Shown: positions 27,392-37,217, numbered from the stretch's first letter. The stretch is DNA of 64,000 nucleotides from Alphaproteobacteria bacterium (GCA_024279095.1 JAJRRY010000157.1:2040-66039), one strand, 5' to 3'. Translations and numbers: made by a program. The notes: generated from the sequence alone by a model not told the origin.

Positions 27392-28624
27392 ATGCCCCCG
27401 ACCCTCGATACGCATTTTGCCAGAAGCGCCTTTCCTGCCTTTTCCGTACCGGCACTCGAGAACCGCCCCTTTTTCGAAAACGCTGGGGGATCATATGCCT
27501 GCAGCACGGTCATCGACAGGCTGGAGCGGTTCTACCGAGAGCACAAGGTCCAGCCTTTCGGCCCCTTCCCGACCTCCGCCGAGGCCGGCCGACTGATGGA
27601 CGAGGGCCGCGCGCGTCTGGCGGCCCTCCTCAACGTGTCCGAGGAAGAGCTGAGCATCGGCCCTTCCACATCGCAGAACACCTATGTCCTGTCCTGTGCC
27701 CTGGCCCGCGATCTGCGACCGGGTGACGAGATCATCGTCACCAACCAGGATCACGAGGCGAATTCGGGCTGCTGGAGGCGGCTCGCCGAGCATGGAGCTG
27801 TCGTGCATGAATGGAAGATCGATCCGCAAACCGGATTGCTCGACATCGCCGGACTGGAAACCCTGCTGGGGCCGCGGACCCGCCTCGTGGCCTTTCCTCA
27901 CTGTTCCAACATCGTCGGGCAGTTCAACGATGTTGCACGCATCTGTGGCTTGGTGCACGATGCCGGCGCCCTGGCGGTGGTGGATGGTGTCTCCTGCGCT
28001 CCGCACGGCCTGCCCGACATCGCCGCCACCGGTGCGGACGTCTATCTTTTCTCGACCTACAAGACCTACGGCCCGCATCAGGGAATCATGGTCGTGCGAC
28101 GCAAGCTGCTGGAACGGCTCCCGAACCAGGGGCACTGGTTCAACAAGAGCCATCCGGACAAGCGCCTCGTGCCGGCTGGCCCCGACCATGCACAGGTGGC
28201 GGCTCTTGCCGGCATCGCCGACTACTGGGACATGCTGCATGCCCACCACTTCGGAGAAACGGAAACGCCCGCACCACAGAAATCCCGGAACGTGACGGCC
28301 TTGTTCCGCGCTCACGAGAGGCGACTCATGGAGCCCCTTCTGGAGTTCCTCGCGAACCATGGCGAGGCGCGCCTCATCGGCACCGCCACACCGGAAGAGC
28401 GTGCCCCGACCATCGCTCTGGATACGCGACGCCATCCGGCCGAGGTGGCCCAGGACTTGGCCGAACTCGGGATCATGGCCGGTGCCGGAGATTTCTATGC
28501 CGTCCGCACATTGCAGGCGCTCGGGATCGATCCGGAACGAGGTGTCCTCCGCCTCTCCTTCGTACATTATACGACGGAAGAGGAGATCGACCAGCTGATC
28601 GCGGCACTGGACACAGCGCTCTGA
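27392..28624 (+). CDS. class V aminotransferase-fold PLP enzyme (cysteine desulfurase-like)
   Basis: 410 aa. TNQDHEAN, and HCSNIVG...DGVSCAPH...FSTYKTYGP with the PLP-lysine context. Confidence 0.7.
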   Translation: MPPTLDTHFARSAFPAFSVPALENRPFFENAGGSYACSTVIDRLERFYREHKVQPFGPFPTSAEAGRLMDEGRARLAALLNVSEEELSIGPSTSQNTYVLSCALARDLRPGDEIIVTNQDHEANSGCWRRLAEHGAVVHEWKIDPQTGLLDIAGLETLLGPRTRLVAFPHCSNIVGQFNDVARICGLVHDAGALAVVDGVSCAPHGLPDIAATGADVYLFSTYKTYGPHQGIMVVRRKLLERLPNQGHWFNKSHPDKRLVPAGPDHAQVAALAGIADYWDMLHAHHFGETETPAPQKSRNVTALFRAHERRLMEPLLEFLANHGEARLIGTATPEERAPTIALDTRRHPAEVAQDLAELGIMAGAGDFYAVRTLQALGIDPERGVLRLSFVHYTTEEEIDQLIAALDTAL

Positions 28625-28639
28625 TCTCAAGGCGCGACT

Positions 28640-29329
28640 TCAGGCCATCTCCGCCATCCGCGAGAGCCGTTGCGGGTCGGCCAGCTCCACGACCCCCCGA
28701 CGCAGCCGCACAAGCCCCTCGCGTTCGAAGGACTTCAGCAGACGCGAGACCGCCTCTCGCGTGGAACCGACCTCTGCGGCGATCTCCTGATGCGTCATGA
28801 CCACTTCACCGGCATCCCCGCCCCGCTTGACAAGAAACGCGGCAAGCCGCCTGTCGAGCCGAGAGAAGGCCACTTCTCCCACCAGCCCTATCAGATCCTG
28901 CAACCGGATGGCGAAAGAAGAGAAGACGAATTTGCGGAACACGGTGGAAGCGGCCAGCAGCTCGGCAAACGCCGCCGAAGGGATGACCAGCGCCTCGACC
29001 TCCGTCTCCGTGGCTCCTTCTGCGTCATAGTCGCTCTCCGACATGAGCGCCGCAGTGGTGAGGACACAGGACTGGCCCGGCTCCACCCGGTAGAGCAGGA
29101 TCTCGCGCCCCGTCTCCGAGGTCAGCGTGATACGGGCGGCACCTTTCAACACCACCAGATAGTTTTCGCACAGGTCACCCGGCCGGAACAGGGTTGCCCC
29201 TGCCGGCATGTGCACCACTCGCGCCGTCTCCTCCAGACGCCGGCGCGCATCCGGCTCCATGCCGGCCAGCGCCTCGGCGGCCGGTGGGCACTGCGCGATT
29301 TTCTCGAACAGGTTTTCCGTCATGCTCAT
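28640..29329 (-). CDS. Crp/Fnr-family transcriptional regulator (no FNR-type N-terminal Cys cluster)
   Basis: cNMP-binding-like beta-roll followed by HTH THQEIAAEVGSTREAVSRLLKSFEREG. Only one Cys near the N-terminus. Confidence 0.85.
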   Translation of the reverse strand: MSMTENLFEKIAQCPPAAEALAGMEPDARRRLEETARVVHMPAGATLFRPGDLCENYLVVLKGAARITLTSETGREILLYRVEPGQSCVLTTAALMSESDYDAEGATETEVEALVIPSAAFAELLAASTVFRKFVFSSFAIRLQDLIGLVGEVAFSRLDRRLAAFLVKRGGDAGEVVMTHQEIAAEVGSTREAVSRLLKSFEREGLVRLRRGVVELADPQRLSRMAEMA

Positions 29330-29398
29330 GATGATGGACGCTCACCTGCGCAGACGCAAGGATCTTCCATCCCTTCCCCTCAGGTTCCCTTCCGTGGC

Positions 29399-30430
29399 TC
29401 AAGCCTGCTTTCGCCCGAGCCTCTCCGCCAGAATTTCCGACGAGGTGCTGTGGACGAACGCATGATGCTCGTGCGGATGCACGTAGCGCACCGCTTTCTG
29501 CGCCATGAGAGCCGCCTCGTGAAATCCGGAAAGAATGAGCTTCAGCTTGCCCGGATAGACGCAGACATCCCCGATGGCAAAGACGCCCGGCCGGCTCGTC
29601 TCGAAGGCTTCCGTATCGACGCGAATACGCCCGCCCTCCATGTCCAGCCCCCATTCCGCGATTGCCCCCAGCTTTCCGGACAGTCCGAAGAAAAGCAGCA
29701 GGACATCCGCCGGCAGTTCGAAGGTTTCGCCATCGTGGGCCGCATGCACCGCATGCAGCATCCCGTTCTCGCCCGACAGCCCGCGGATCTGTCCCAACCG
29801 GAAGTCCAGCTCTCCAGCTTCGGCCATTTCCTTCATCCGGCGCACGCTCTCCGGTGCCGCACGAAACTCCGGCCGTCGATGCAGGAGAGTCAGCCGCTCC
29901 GCCAGAGGCGCCAGCTCGATGGCCCAGTCAAGAGCGGAATCCCCACCGCCGGCAACCACGATACGCCGGCCGCGCAAAGCCTCGACATCCTTCACGGAAT
30001 AAAAGACGGAATGCCCCTCGTAGGCATCCAACCCCTTCAGAGGCGGCCTTTTCGGCTCGATGGAACCACCGCCGGCGGCAATCACCACCACACGTGCCAG
30101 GAACGTGAGCCCCGAGGCCATACGGACGCGGTATCCCCCATCGTCCAGCTGCTCCAGTTCCCTAGCCGCTTCCTCGAAATGGAAGACCGGTTCGAAAGGC
30201 GCCGACTGTTCCAGCAGGCGTTCAGCCAGTTCGCGACCGGTAATGCGCGGATGCGCGGGAATGTCGTAGATGGGCTTCTGGGGATAGAGTTCCACGCATT
30301 GCCCGCCGGCATGGGGGAGCACGTCCACCAGATGGGCCTGCACGCCCGTCATGCCCAGCTGGAAAGCGGCGAACAACCCTGCCGGCCCTGCTCCGATGAT
30401 GAGGGCTTCCGTCTCGACCTGACGCGTCAT
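29399..30430 (-). CDS. thioredoxin-reductase-type ferredoxin-NADP(+) reductase
   Basis: ALIIGAGPAGLFAAFQLGMTG...GGQCVELYPQKPIYDIPAHP and a second GGGDSALDWA dinucleotide motif are typical of YumC-type FNR. Confidence 0.8.
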   Translation of the reverse strand: MTRQVETEALIIGAGPAGLFAAFQLGMTGVQAHLVDVLPHAGGQCVELYPQKPIYDIPAHPRITGRELAERLLEQSAPFEPVFHFEEAARELEQLDDGGYRVRMASGLTFLARVVVIAAGGGSIEPKRPPLKGLDAYEGHSVFYSVKDVEALRGRRIVVAGGGDSALDWAIELAPLAERLTLLHRRPEFRAAPESVRRMKEMAEAGELDFRLGQIRGLSGENGMLHAVHAAHDGETFELPADVLLLFFGLSGKLGAIAEWGLDMEGGRIRVDTEAFETSRPGVFAIGDVCVYPGKLKLILSGFHEAALMAQKAVRYVHPHEHHAFVHSTSSEILAERLGRKQA

Positions 30431-30431
30431 C

Positions 30432-30761
30432 TCACCCCTGCTGCTCGGGAACGCGCACCGTCATGCCGTCCATCTCCGGAACGATCTTCACCTGACAGGA
30501 GAGGCGCGAATTCTCACGGACGTCAAAGGCGAAGTCCAGCATGTCTTCCTCCGTTTCCGAACGGGAAGACAGCCCCGGGATCTTCTCCAGCCAGACGGGA
30601 TCGATGTAGACATGGCAGGTGGCGCAGGCACATGCGCCACCGCAATCGGCATCGATACCCGGCACCATGTTCCTGATGGCCGCCTCCATGAGGGTCATGC
30701 CCTCCTCCGCCTCGACCTCGTGGCTCTTGCCCTCCGGATCGATGAAAACGATCTTCACCAT
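30432..30761 (-). CDS. 2Fe-2S ferredoxin (adrenodoxin/putidaredoxin type)
   Basis: 109 aa. CGGACACATCHV ... C pattern. One nt upstream of the reductase gene start. Confidence 0.85.
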   Translation of the reverse strand: MVKIVFIDPEGKSHEVEAEEGMTLMEAAIRNMVPGIDADCGGACACATCHVYIDPVWLEKIPGLSSRSETEEDMLDFAFDVRENSRLSCQVKIVPEMDGMTVRVPEQQG

Positions 30762-30789
30762 GAGCGGTTCCCCTCATTTGCAGAACGTG

Positions 30790-30819
30790 AAAAGGCGTAT
30801 GGGCGAACCATACGCCTTT
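30790..30819 (-). terminator. intrinsic terminator after the Hpt gene
   Basis: 12-bp perfect stem AAAGGCGTATGG / CCATACGCCTTT. On the minus strand it is followed by TTTTCAC. Confidence 0.7.
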
Positions 30820-30870
30820 GTCAATCTGTACGGCGTCCGCCTTTCCGGCCTGTGCAAGCGCAGAACCTCT

Positions 30871-31260
30871 TCAACCCGCCCGGCGCAGATCACCGGAATG
30901 TGCCTGCCGCCAGTGTGCCCAGGCCTTCCGGAAATCCCCCGCCTGTCGTCTGAGACGTTCCATCAGCGGATCCGGAACGGACGGCCCTTCCTTCTCCAAA
31001 GCAAGCGCCGTTTCGGCAAGGGAGAAGGCGCCTACGGCCCGCGCGGCCCCCTTGAGCGTATGCGCCGCCAGCTTCCATTTGCGGACGTCCCCGCGAGCGG
31101 CTTCCAGGGCGGCCAGAAGCTCTTCCAGCTGGGTATCGAACATGCTCAGAAGCTCACGCTCGAGTTTCACGTCGCCCATCGTGTAGCGCGCCAGATGGGC
31201 TGTATCGATGACATCGGACAGAGCCGGCGCGTGCGTGCTGTCGTTTCCGGTCAAGGTCAT
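30871..31260 (-). CDS. stand-alone Hpt (histidine phosphotransfer) domain protein
   Basis: Internal ATG at 31260 (MTLTGND...). Phosphorylatable His context AAHTLKGAARAVGA. 129 aa. The long track ORF upstream of this ATG looks non-coding. Confidence 0.7.
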   Translation of the reverse strand: MTLTGNDSTHAPALSDVIDTAHLARYTMGDVKLERELLSMFDTQLEELLAALEAARGDVRKWKLAAHTLKGAARAVGAFSLAETALALEKEGPSVPDPLMERLRRQAGDFRKAWAHWRQAHSGDLRRAG

Positions 31261-31679
31261 GGCGGCCCTCCCGTTTCTGACGTTTCCCCCGGAACTATCC
31301 CCAGCCTGTCCGCCTTTTCGTAAAATTGGGTTTACGCCTGCGGGGTTTCCGGCAAGAATAGTTGACGGATGGTGAATTGTGACGACAAGTTGACTCAAAA
31401 CGGGCCACGAAATTAACCAAACTTTGAAATAAACGCCGTCGACATTCCGGCAAAGGTTAATAATGAGCCGGATTGCGGGGACTGCCCCTGCCATCAAGCG
31501 GGATTTTTGCGAAAGGCGGTCTCTCCGCATTCCGGGTGAGCCGCCTCCGCCAGCAAATGGCGGTGCCGCATGCCTGCGGGCCATGCATTCACATTCGTGG
31601 GTGCATCGCAATATCAAGGGACATGGGGCGGTTCTGACGAACCAGTCAGCAAAGGGCATAAAAGCAGGGCAACGGAAAC

Positions 31680-34600
31680 ATGGCGAAACCGACAGCAGAC
31701 AAGGCCGCCAAGACGGAAAGGCAGCAGGCTCGCGAGACCGCATCCGCGAAAGCCCGGCAGCAGAAGCCGGCGCGGAGGAAGGGGCTGCGCGTGCGCCCCG
31801 CCAATCAGAACGACGCCATGGCGGCCGCGCTCATAGCCCGCATGCGCCGCCGCCCGTCCACGGCGCCATTCTGGTTCGCCTTCGTCATCTCCCTGTTCTG
31901 GGTGTTTGCCATTGCGGCCATCTACGGTCCGACCATTGCCGCCATGAGCAATCCCGTGGCACCCCGCAACCTGCCCACGACGGCCACGGCGCTGATCGCG
32001 CTGTTCCTGCCCATCTTTCTGGTCTGGTCCACCGCCTATCTGCTGTGGCGCGCCCAGCACATGCGCCAGGTCTCCGAGGCCTTGGTGCACACGGCCTTGC
32101 GCCTCGTGCAGCCCGACCAGATCGTCAGCGACGGCCTGACCACCGTGGCCCGGCGCGTGCGCGGCGAGATCGACCATCTGGTGGGCGGCATGGAGCAGGC
32201 CATCAAGCGCGCCGGAGAGCTGGAAGCCGTCGTCCACAAGGAAATGGCCTCGCTGGAGCGCGCCTTCGGTGCCAACGAAGAGCGAATCCGCACCCTGCTG
32301 GCCGGCCTGGAGCATCAGCGCAACGCACTGGCTGAAATCGGAAAGAGCCTCAATGCGGATGCCGCCCCGGTCATTCAGCAGCTGGAAGAACGCATCACTC
32401 AGCTCAATGGCCTTGTCGGTTCCGCCACCGGCACGCTCTCCACCCTCGAACAGGAGCTCAAGGGCACGGCCACGCAGTTCACCACGGCACTGGAGGAAGT
32501 TTCCGGCCGTACCTCCCTGACCGTCAACGAGATCGGAGGGCAGGTGGCCCGGCTGGAGCAGATGTCCGGCATGCTGCTCGGCGAGACCAGGAGCTTCACC
32601 GAGAAACTGGGTGAGCAGTTCCAGATCCTGGGCAGCGCCACCGCCACCCTGAAGGACGAGTCCACCCGCTTCGGCACGCAGGTGAAGGAGATGGAGAAAT
32701 CTGTCGTCGAGACCCTGCGCACCTCCGCAGACGAACTGTCCCGGACCAATGCCGACGTGGCCCGCAATGTGGAGGCCATGACCTCCACGCTCTCCGAGCA
32801 GTTGCGCGAGACTTCGCAGCAGGCCACGGAGCTGCTGCGCACGTCCGGCGAAAACATCACCTATCATCTGAAGTCGGTAGCCTCCGACCTCTCCGATCGT
32901 ATCGTCAATGCCGGCGGCGAGGTATCCTCCAAGATCGAGGAGGCGGCTACCATGATGAGCGACCGGCTGCTGTCCATGTCCGGCGAGTTCGTTCACAATG
33001 TCGCCGCGGCCCGTGACGAACTGCACACCTATCTCCAGAAGGCCACCGACGACATGGCCTCCCGCCTGGAGGAAACCACTTCGCAACTCTTTGCCCGCGC
33101 CGAAGAGGTCACCGGCCACATGAACGCCCGCCTGGAGGAAACCACGGAGCGTCTGTTCGGCCGTGTCGACGAGGCCACGGGCCGCATGTCCGGCAAGGTG
33201 GAGGAGACGGCCACGCTGCTCTTCGGCCGCGTCGCCGAAGCTACGGGCCAGATCGGCCAGTATCTGGACGAGTCCACCGCCATCATCGACAAGCGCATTG
33301 CCGAAACATCCGAAAAGGCCGAGGCGCGGCTGCGCAATGCCACCGGCACGCTGGCGAAGAATCTGGAAGCCATCGCCACCGAAATGACCGATAAGGCGGA
33401 ATCCGCCGCCACGCGCATCGCCAGCAACGCCAGCGAGACCACCGAGCGCATGACCCGCCTCATGGACGAGACGGCAGATCGCCTTTCCGGCCACTTCGAG
33501 AAGCGGGCCACGGTATTGTTCTCCCAGGCCGCGGAAGCCTCTTCGCAGATTGCCGGCTTCTTCGACGAGAGCACGGAAAAGCTGGAGAACCGAATCCTCG
33601 GCACTTCCATGAAGGTGGTGAAGAAGCTGGGCGATGCCACCGAAGGGCTGGAGAGCCTGCTTACCGAGAACGCCGATGCCATGGCTGCGAAGCTCGAGGA
33701 GTCCGCCGCCACCTACTTCACGCGAGTGACCGAGGCCACGGCCCAGATGACCCAGCATCTGGAAACCTCCACCGAAGGCATTACCCAGCGCATCGAGAAT
33801 GTGGCCGACGGCATGGCTGGTCGCCTGGAGAAGGCGACAGGCCGCATGTCCGAACTGCTCGATGTCGCATCGGCGGATCTCACCAACCGCCTGGAGGACA
33901 CCACCGAGAAACTCGCCACCCGTCTGGAGAGCACCTCCCTGGAGCTCACCGGCCGCCTGGACAATGTTTCGGCCACAGTCACCGAACGGCTGGATGAAAC
34001 CTCCCGCACCCTGCTCGGCAGGCTCGAACATGTCTCCTCCGACGTCACCGGCCGTCTGGCGGAGACCGCGGAGAACCTCACGACCCGTCTCGATACCATC
34101 TCCGTGGAAGTCACCGGCAAACTCTCGGAAACGTCCGAGACGCTGGCAGAACGTCTCGAACGTTCGACACTGGAGCTGACCGGACGCCTGCGCAATGCCA
34201 ACGAGGCCATGGCCGAACGTCTCGAGGCCACCTCCTCCGACCTGGCCAAGCGCCTGGACTCCACGGCCAGCGACATTGCCGAGCAGCTGGATACCACTTC
34301 CAGCCAGCTCACCAGCCGTCTGGTGGAGACTTCGGACGCCGTCTCCCGCCGCCTGGAGAGTGCCACCACGGAGGTTTCCTCCCGGCTGGAACAGACCACA
34401 ACGAACCTGCATGCCGAGCTGGAAACCATCTCCGGGCAGATGTTCGCCCGCCTGGAGCAGACCTCCGGCGAGCTCGTCGGCAAGCTGGATCTCACGGCCA
34501 ACGCCCTGCGCGAACACCTGGACGAAACCACCTCGACCATGTTCGAACGCATCGAGGCATCGGCCCGCGAGCTGGGTGGCCGCTTCGACGCCGCCAACGC

Positions 34601-36293
34601 CTTGCTCACGGAGATCTCCACGGACCTTACCGAACAGCTCAACCAGACCGGCAAGTCCTTTGTGGAGACGCTCGACGGAGCCACGGGTCGTATACTGGAA
34701 GACCTCGGAAAGGCCACCGAAGCCTTTGACGAGGGCCTGAAGACCACCGCCCGCGGCATCTTGGGCAATCTCAAGGACACCTCTCAGTCCTTCGCCCGCG
34801 AACTCGGCGAGAGCACGCAGGGTATCGCCGCACAGTTCGAGGAAACCGCTGGTCGCATCGTCTCCCGGATCGATGAAGCCACGCGCGAACTGGAGCAGAA
34901 GACTGCCGTCACCGCACGCCGTCTCGACGAAAGCTCTCTGCGCTTCTCCGGCCACATGCAGCAGGCCTCCGAAGCCCTTGCCCAGCAGCTCGAGGAAACC
35001 TTCGGCACCATGGACGAAAAGCTGGAAGGCACTTCGCTCCGGCTCACCGGACGGTTGGAGAACGTGTCGGAGCGCATCTCCGAAAGGCTGCAGGAAGTTT
35101 CCGGCATCGTCGAGCGCGCCACCGACCGCTTCGACGAGCGGATCACCGAGGTGCTCACCCGCCGCGAGGATCTTTTCGGCGATCTGATCGAGCAGCTTTC
35201 CGGCCGCGTATCGGAGGTTGACACCCTCATGAAGGCCTACATGACCCGCATCACCTCCTCGCTCGACGGCGCGCAGGAGAAGGCCGAGGAGATCGGCCGT
35301 CTCATCACTGCCCAGACAAGCGCGGCCGCGGAAACGCTGGCACAGGAGATCACCAGACTGGAACAGATCTCCGACACCCAGATCGCCCGCGCCGCCCGCA
35401 CCATCCGCGAACAGCACGAACGCCTGGTGGCATCCATCAACGAGATGCTCGGCGCTTCCACCGAGGAATTCACCGAGACGGCCGAGCATCTGCGCCGCAC
35501 CGCCCAGCAGGTGATCCGCGAGATCGAGGCCGTTCGCGCCGAGTTGCGTGAAGCAATCGTGGAGCTGCCCGAGGAGACTCGTGTCAATGCCGACAACATG
35601 CGTCGCGTCGTGGCAGATCAGATTACTGCACTGAATGCCTTGGCCGACGTGGTGAAGCGGCAGGCCGCTTCGCTCGAGCTGACCGGATCCGGGGTGCAGC
35701 CCCCGGAGCAGGAAAAGCCTGCTTCCGCCCTGAGTTTCACATCCGGCATGCGCGAAAAACCAAAGCACAAGGAGCATGCAGCCTCGGACAAGGTGCATGG
35801 ACGTTCCATCAGTGCCCTGCTCCGCCGCAAGACGGAGCCGGAAGGAGAAACCTCCGGCCTTGCCGGTTCCCTCCGCAAGGTGGCGGCCACCGTTACCGGC
35901 AACGGACGTACGGGCAAACCCTCTGCCGTCCGCAAGACGGAAGAGCTGGTCAAGGCCCTGAACTCCGCCAGCCGTGACCTTGTCCTGGCGCTGGAGAAAA
36001 CCCTGCCTCAGGATCTCGAAACCCGGTGGAAGAAGGGCGAAAGGTCCGTCTACACGCATCACCTTTACCTGAAGCGCGGCAAGCATCTCGACGAGGCGAT
36101 CGCCACCCGTTACGGCACGGACGAAGCGGTGCGCGAGCGTGTGGATACCTTCATCCAGTTGTTCGAGAAGCTGCTGGACACGGTGTCCGAATCCCCGCGC
36201 GGTGACGAGCTGGTCGACTCATGTCTGGCCTCCGAATCAGGCAAGCTCTATCTGGTGCTGGCCCAGGCCACTGGCAGGATCGGCAACGCCTGA
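31680..36293 (+). CDS. giant membrane-anchored coiled-coil protein with apolipoprotein-like 11-residue repeats (GPR/RgsE-like)
   Basis: 1537 aa. Basic N-terminus, then two TM helices (TAPFWFAFVISLFWVFAIAAIYG and TATALIALFLPIFLVWSTAYLLW). About 68 hendecad repeats follow, then a non-repetitive C-terminal domain. Strong terminator downstream. Confidence 0.8.
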   Translation: MAKPTADKAAKTERQQARETASAKARQQKPARRKGLRVRPANQNDAMAAALIARMRRRPSTAPFWFAFVISLFWVFAIAAIYGPTIAAMSNPVAPRNLPTTATALIALFLPIFLVWSTAYLLWRAQHMRQVSEALVHTALRLVQPDQIVSDGLTTVARRVRGEIDHLVGGMEQAIKRAGELEAVVHKEMASLERAFGANEERIRTLLAGLEHQRNALAEIGKSLNADAAPVIQQLEERITQLNGLVGSATGTLSTLEQELKGTATQFTTALEEVSGRTSLTVNEIGGQVARLEQMSGMLLGETRSFTEKLGEQFQILGSATATLKDESTRFGTQVKEMEKSVVETLRTSADELSRTNADVARNVEAMTSTLSEQLRETSQQATELLRTSGENITYHLKSVASDLSDRIVNAGGEVSSKIEEAATMMSDRLLSMSGEFVHNVAAARDELHTYLQKATDDMASRLEETTSQLFARAEEVTGHMNARLEETTERLFGRVDEATGRMSGKVEETATLLFGRVAEATGQIGQYLDESTAIIDKRIAETSEKAEARLRNATGTLAKNLEAIATEMTDKAESAATRIASNASETTERMTRLMDETADRLSGHFEKRATVLFSQAAEASSQIAGFFDESTEKLENRILGTSMKVVKKLGDATEGLESLLTENADAMAAKLEESAATYFTRVTEATAQMTQHLETSTEGITQRIENVADGMAGRLEKATGRMSELLDVASADLTNRLEDTTEKLATRLESTSLELTGRLDNVSATVTERLDETSRTLLGRLEHVSSDVTGRLAETAENLTTRLDTISVEVTGKLSETSETLAERLERSTLELTGRLRNANEAMAERLEATSSDLAKRLDSTASDIAEQLDTTSSQLTSRLVETSDAVSRRLESATTEVSSRLEQTTTNLHAELETISGQMFARLEQTSGELVGKLDLTANALREHLDETTSTMFERIEASARELGGRFDAANALLTEISTDLTEQLNQTGKSFVETLDGATGRILEDLGKATEAFDEGLKTTARGILGNLKDTSQSFARELGESTQGIAAQFEETAGRIVSRIDEATRELEQKTAVTARRLDESSLRFSGHMQQASEALAQQLEETFGTMDEKLEGTSLRLTGRLENVSERISERLQEVSGIVERATDRFDERITEVLTRREDLFGDLIEQLSGRVSEVDTLMKAYMTRITSSLDGAQEKAEEIGRLITAQTSAAAETLAQEITRLEQISDTQIARAARTIREQHERLVASINEMLGASTEEFTETAEHLRRTAQQVIREIEAVRAELREAIVELPEETRVNADNMRRVVADQITALNALADVVKRQAASLELTGSGVQPPEQEKPASALSFTSGMREKPKHKEHAASDKVHGRSISALLRRKTEPEGETSGLAGSLRKVAATVTGNGRTGKPSAVRKTEELVKALNSASRDLVLALEKTLPQDLETRWKKGERSVYTHHLYLKRGKHLDEAIATRYGTDEAVRERVDTFIQLFEKLLDTVSESPRGDELVDSCLASESGKLYLVLAQATGRIGNA
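32658..34901 (+). repeat. 33-nt (11-codon) periodic coding repeat array inside the giant gene
   Basis: Counted by hand. From aa 327 to 1074 every 11th residue is hydrophobic (L/M/V/I/F) in one unbroken register. The most regular block is aa 734-953 (nt 33879-34538): LTNRLEDTTEK LATRLESTSLE LTGRLDNVSAT VTERLDETSRT and so on. Confidence 0.85.
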
Positions 36294-36322
36294 CAGGGTA
36301 TTTTCAGACTACGACTTGCTGG

Positions 36323-36349
36323 AAAAGGGCGGGATTTTCCCGCCCTTTT
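36323..36349 (+). terminator. intrinsic terminator of the giant gene
   Basis: AAAAGGGCGGG-atttt-CCCGCCCTTTT. Confidence 0.8.
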
Positions 36350-36545
36350 CGTATGTGACAGAACGTGAAGCCATTTCCCGCACCCGTGCAAAAAATGCCG
36401 CACTGGCCGTTTGCATCTTGAACTGCCTGCCCCGAAGCGTTAGCGAGAGCCTCCTTATTCGTCCTTTTCAAGGGCGGCCCGAAGTGGAAGCCCCCTCGCA
36501 GGGAAACTTCTTCGTGTTGGCGACAGCTTTGAAAGGAATCTGCCA

Positions 36546-37067
36546 ATGAATCTACAGCTCTCTCCCGGTATCTCCGCCGCGACCGTCGAAACCCTTGCCA
36601 GCCGGGCCCTCTACGCCCCGCAGGCCTATTTCCTCGTCTCTGGAACCGGAGACGCAGAACGCCGGCTCGTCGCTTTCGATCTGGCGCTGATGCGTGCCGG
36701 CATCGCCGACGTCAATCTCATACGCCTGTCCTCCATCGTCGGGCCGAAGGCCGAGCGCATCGAGCCCGTGAAGCTTGCCCCCGGTGTGCTCGTGCCTACC
36801 GCCTATGCGCAGATCTGCTGCGATCAGGCCGGAGAACGCGTGGCGGCAGCCGTCGCAGTAGCCCATCCGGATGACCCGGAACGCGCCGGTGTCATCATGG
36901 AATATTCCGCACACTGCTCTGCCGGAGAAGCCGAACGAATCGTTCGTGGCATGGCGGAAGAAGCCATCGCCAACCGCGGCCTCGGGGTGGATCGCATCGA
37001 AAGCATTTCCGCCGAGCACGTCGTTGCAAAAAACGGTTGCGCATTCGCCGGCGTCGTACAGCTCTGA
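36546..37067 (+). CDS. pdaD: pyruvoyl-dependent arginine decarboxylase
   Basis: 173 aa. RLVAFDLALMRAGIADVNLIRLSSIVGP contains the family self-cleavage Ser-Ser context. Confidence 0.7.
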   Translation: MNLQLSPGISAATVETLASRALYAPQAYFLVSGTGDAERRLVAFDLALMRAGIADVNLIRLSSIVGPKAERIEPVKLAPGVLVPTAYAQICCDQAGERVAAAVAVAHPDDPERAGVIMEYSAHCSAGEAERIVRGMAEEAIANRGLGVDRIESISAEHVVAKNGCAFAGVVQL

Positions 37068-37217
37068 TCCGACGGAAGAAACCCGCCGAGACCTGTCGTT
37101 GCGGAGCCCGTGACTCCTGGAGTTGCGGGCTCCTGCCGTTGTGACGCGGCTTGCCTTGCCCCTCCCCAGCCGCATACGATGGTCACGCCCTTTGACCGCC
37201 CCCCTGAAGAGAGGCAC

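Noticed and set aside
28670-30676. 668-aa plus-strand ORF spanning the crp, reductase and ferredoxin genes
   Set aside because: It lies antisense to three well-supported minus-strand genes. The product is Arg/Pro/Gly/His-rich with no recognisable domain.
31413-31427. CtrA box upstream of the giant coiled-coil gene
   Set aside because: TTAA-CCAAACT-TTGA matches only 7 of 8 positions of TTAA-N7-TTAA, and a single near-match in an AT-richer intergenic region is expected by chance. Worth a look only if a genome-wide CtrA motif scan supports it.
31614-36086. 1490-aa ORF on the minus strand covering almost the whole giant gene
   Set aside because: It is an antisense shadow of the plus-strand hendecad gene. 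The translation is Gly/Leu/Ala/Arg-rich low complexity with no SD or domain logic. Long stop-free antisense frames are expected in GC-rich, codon-biased repeats. The plus-strand frame has TM helices, a coherent 11-residue amphipathic pattern and a terminator.
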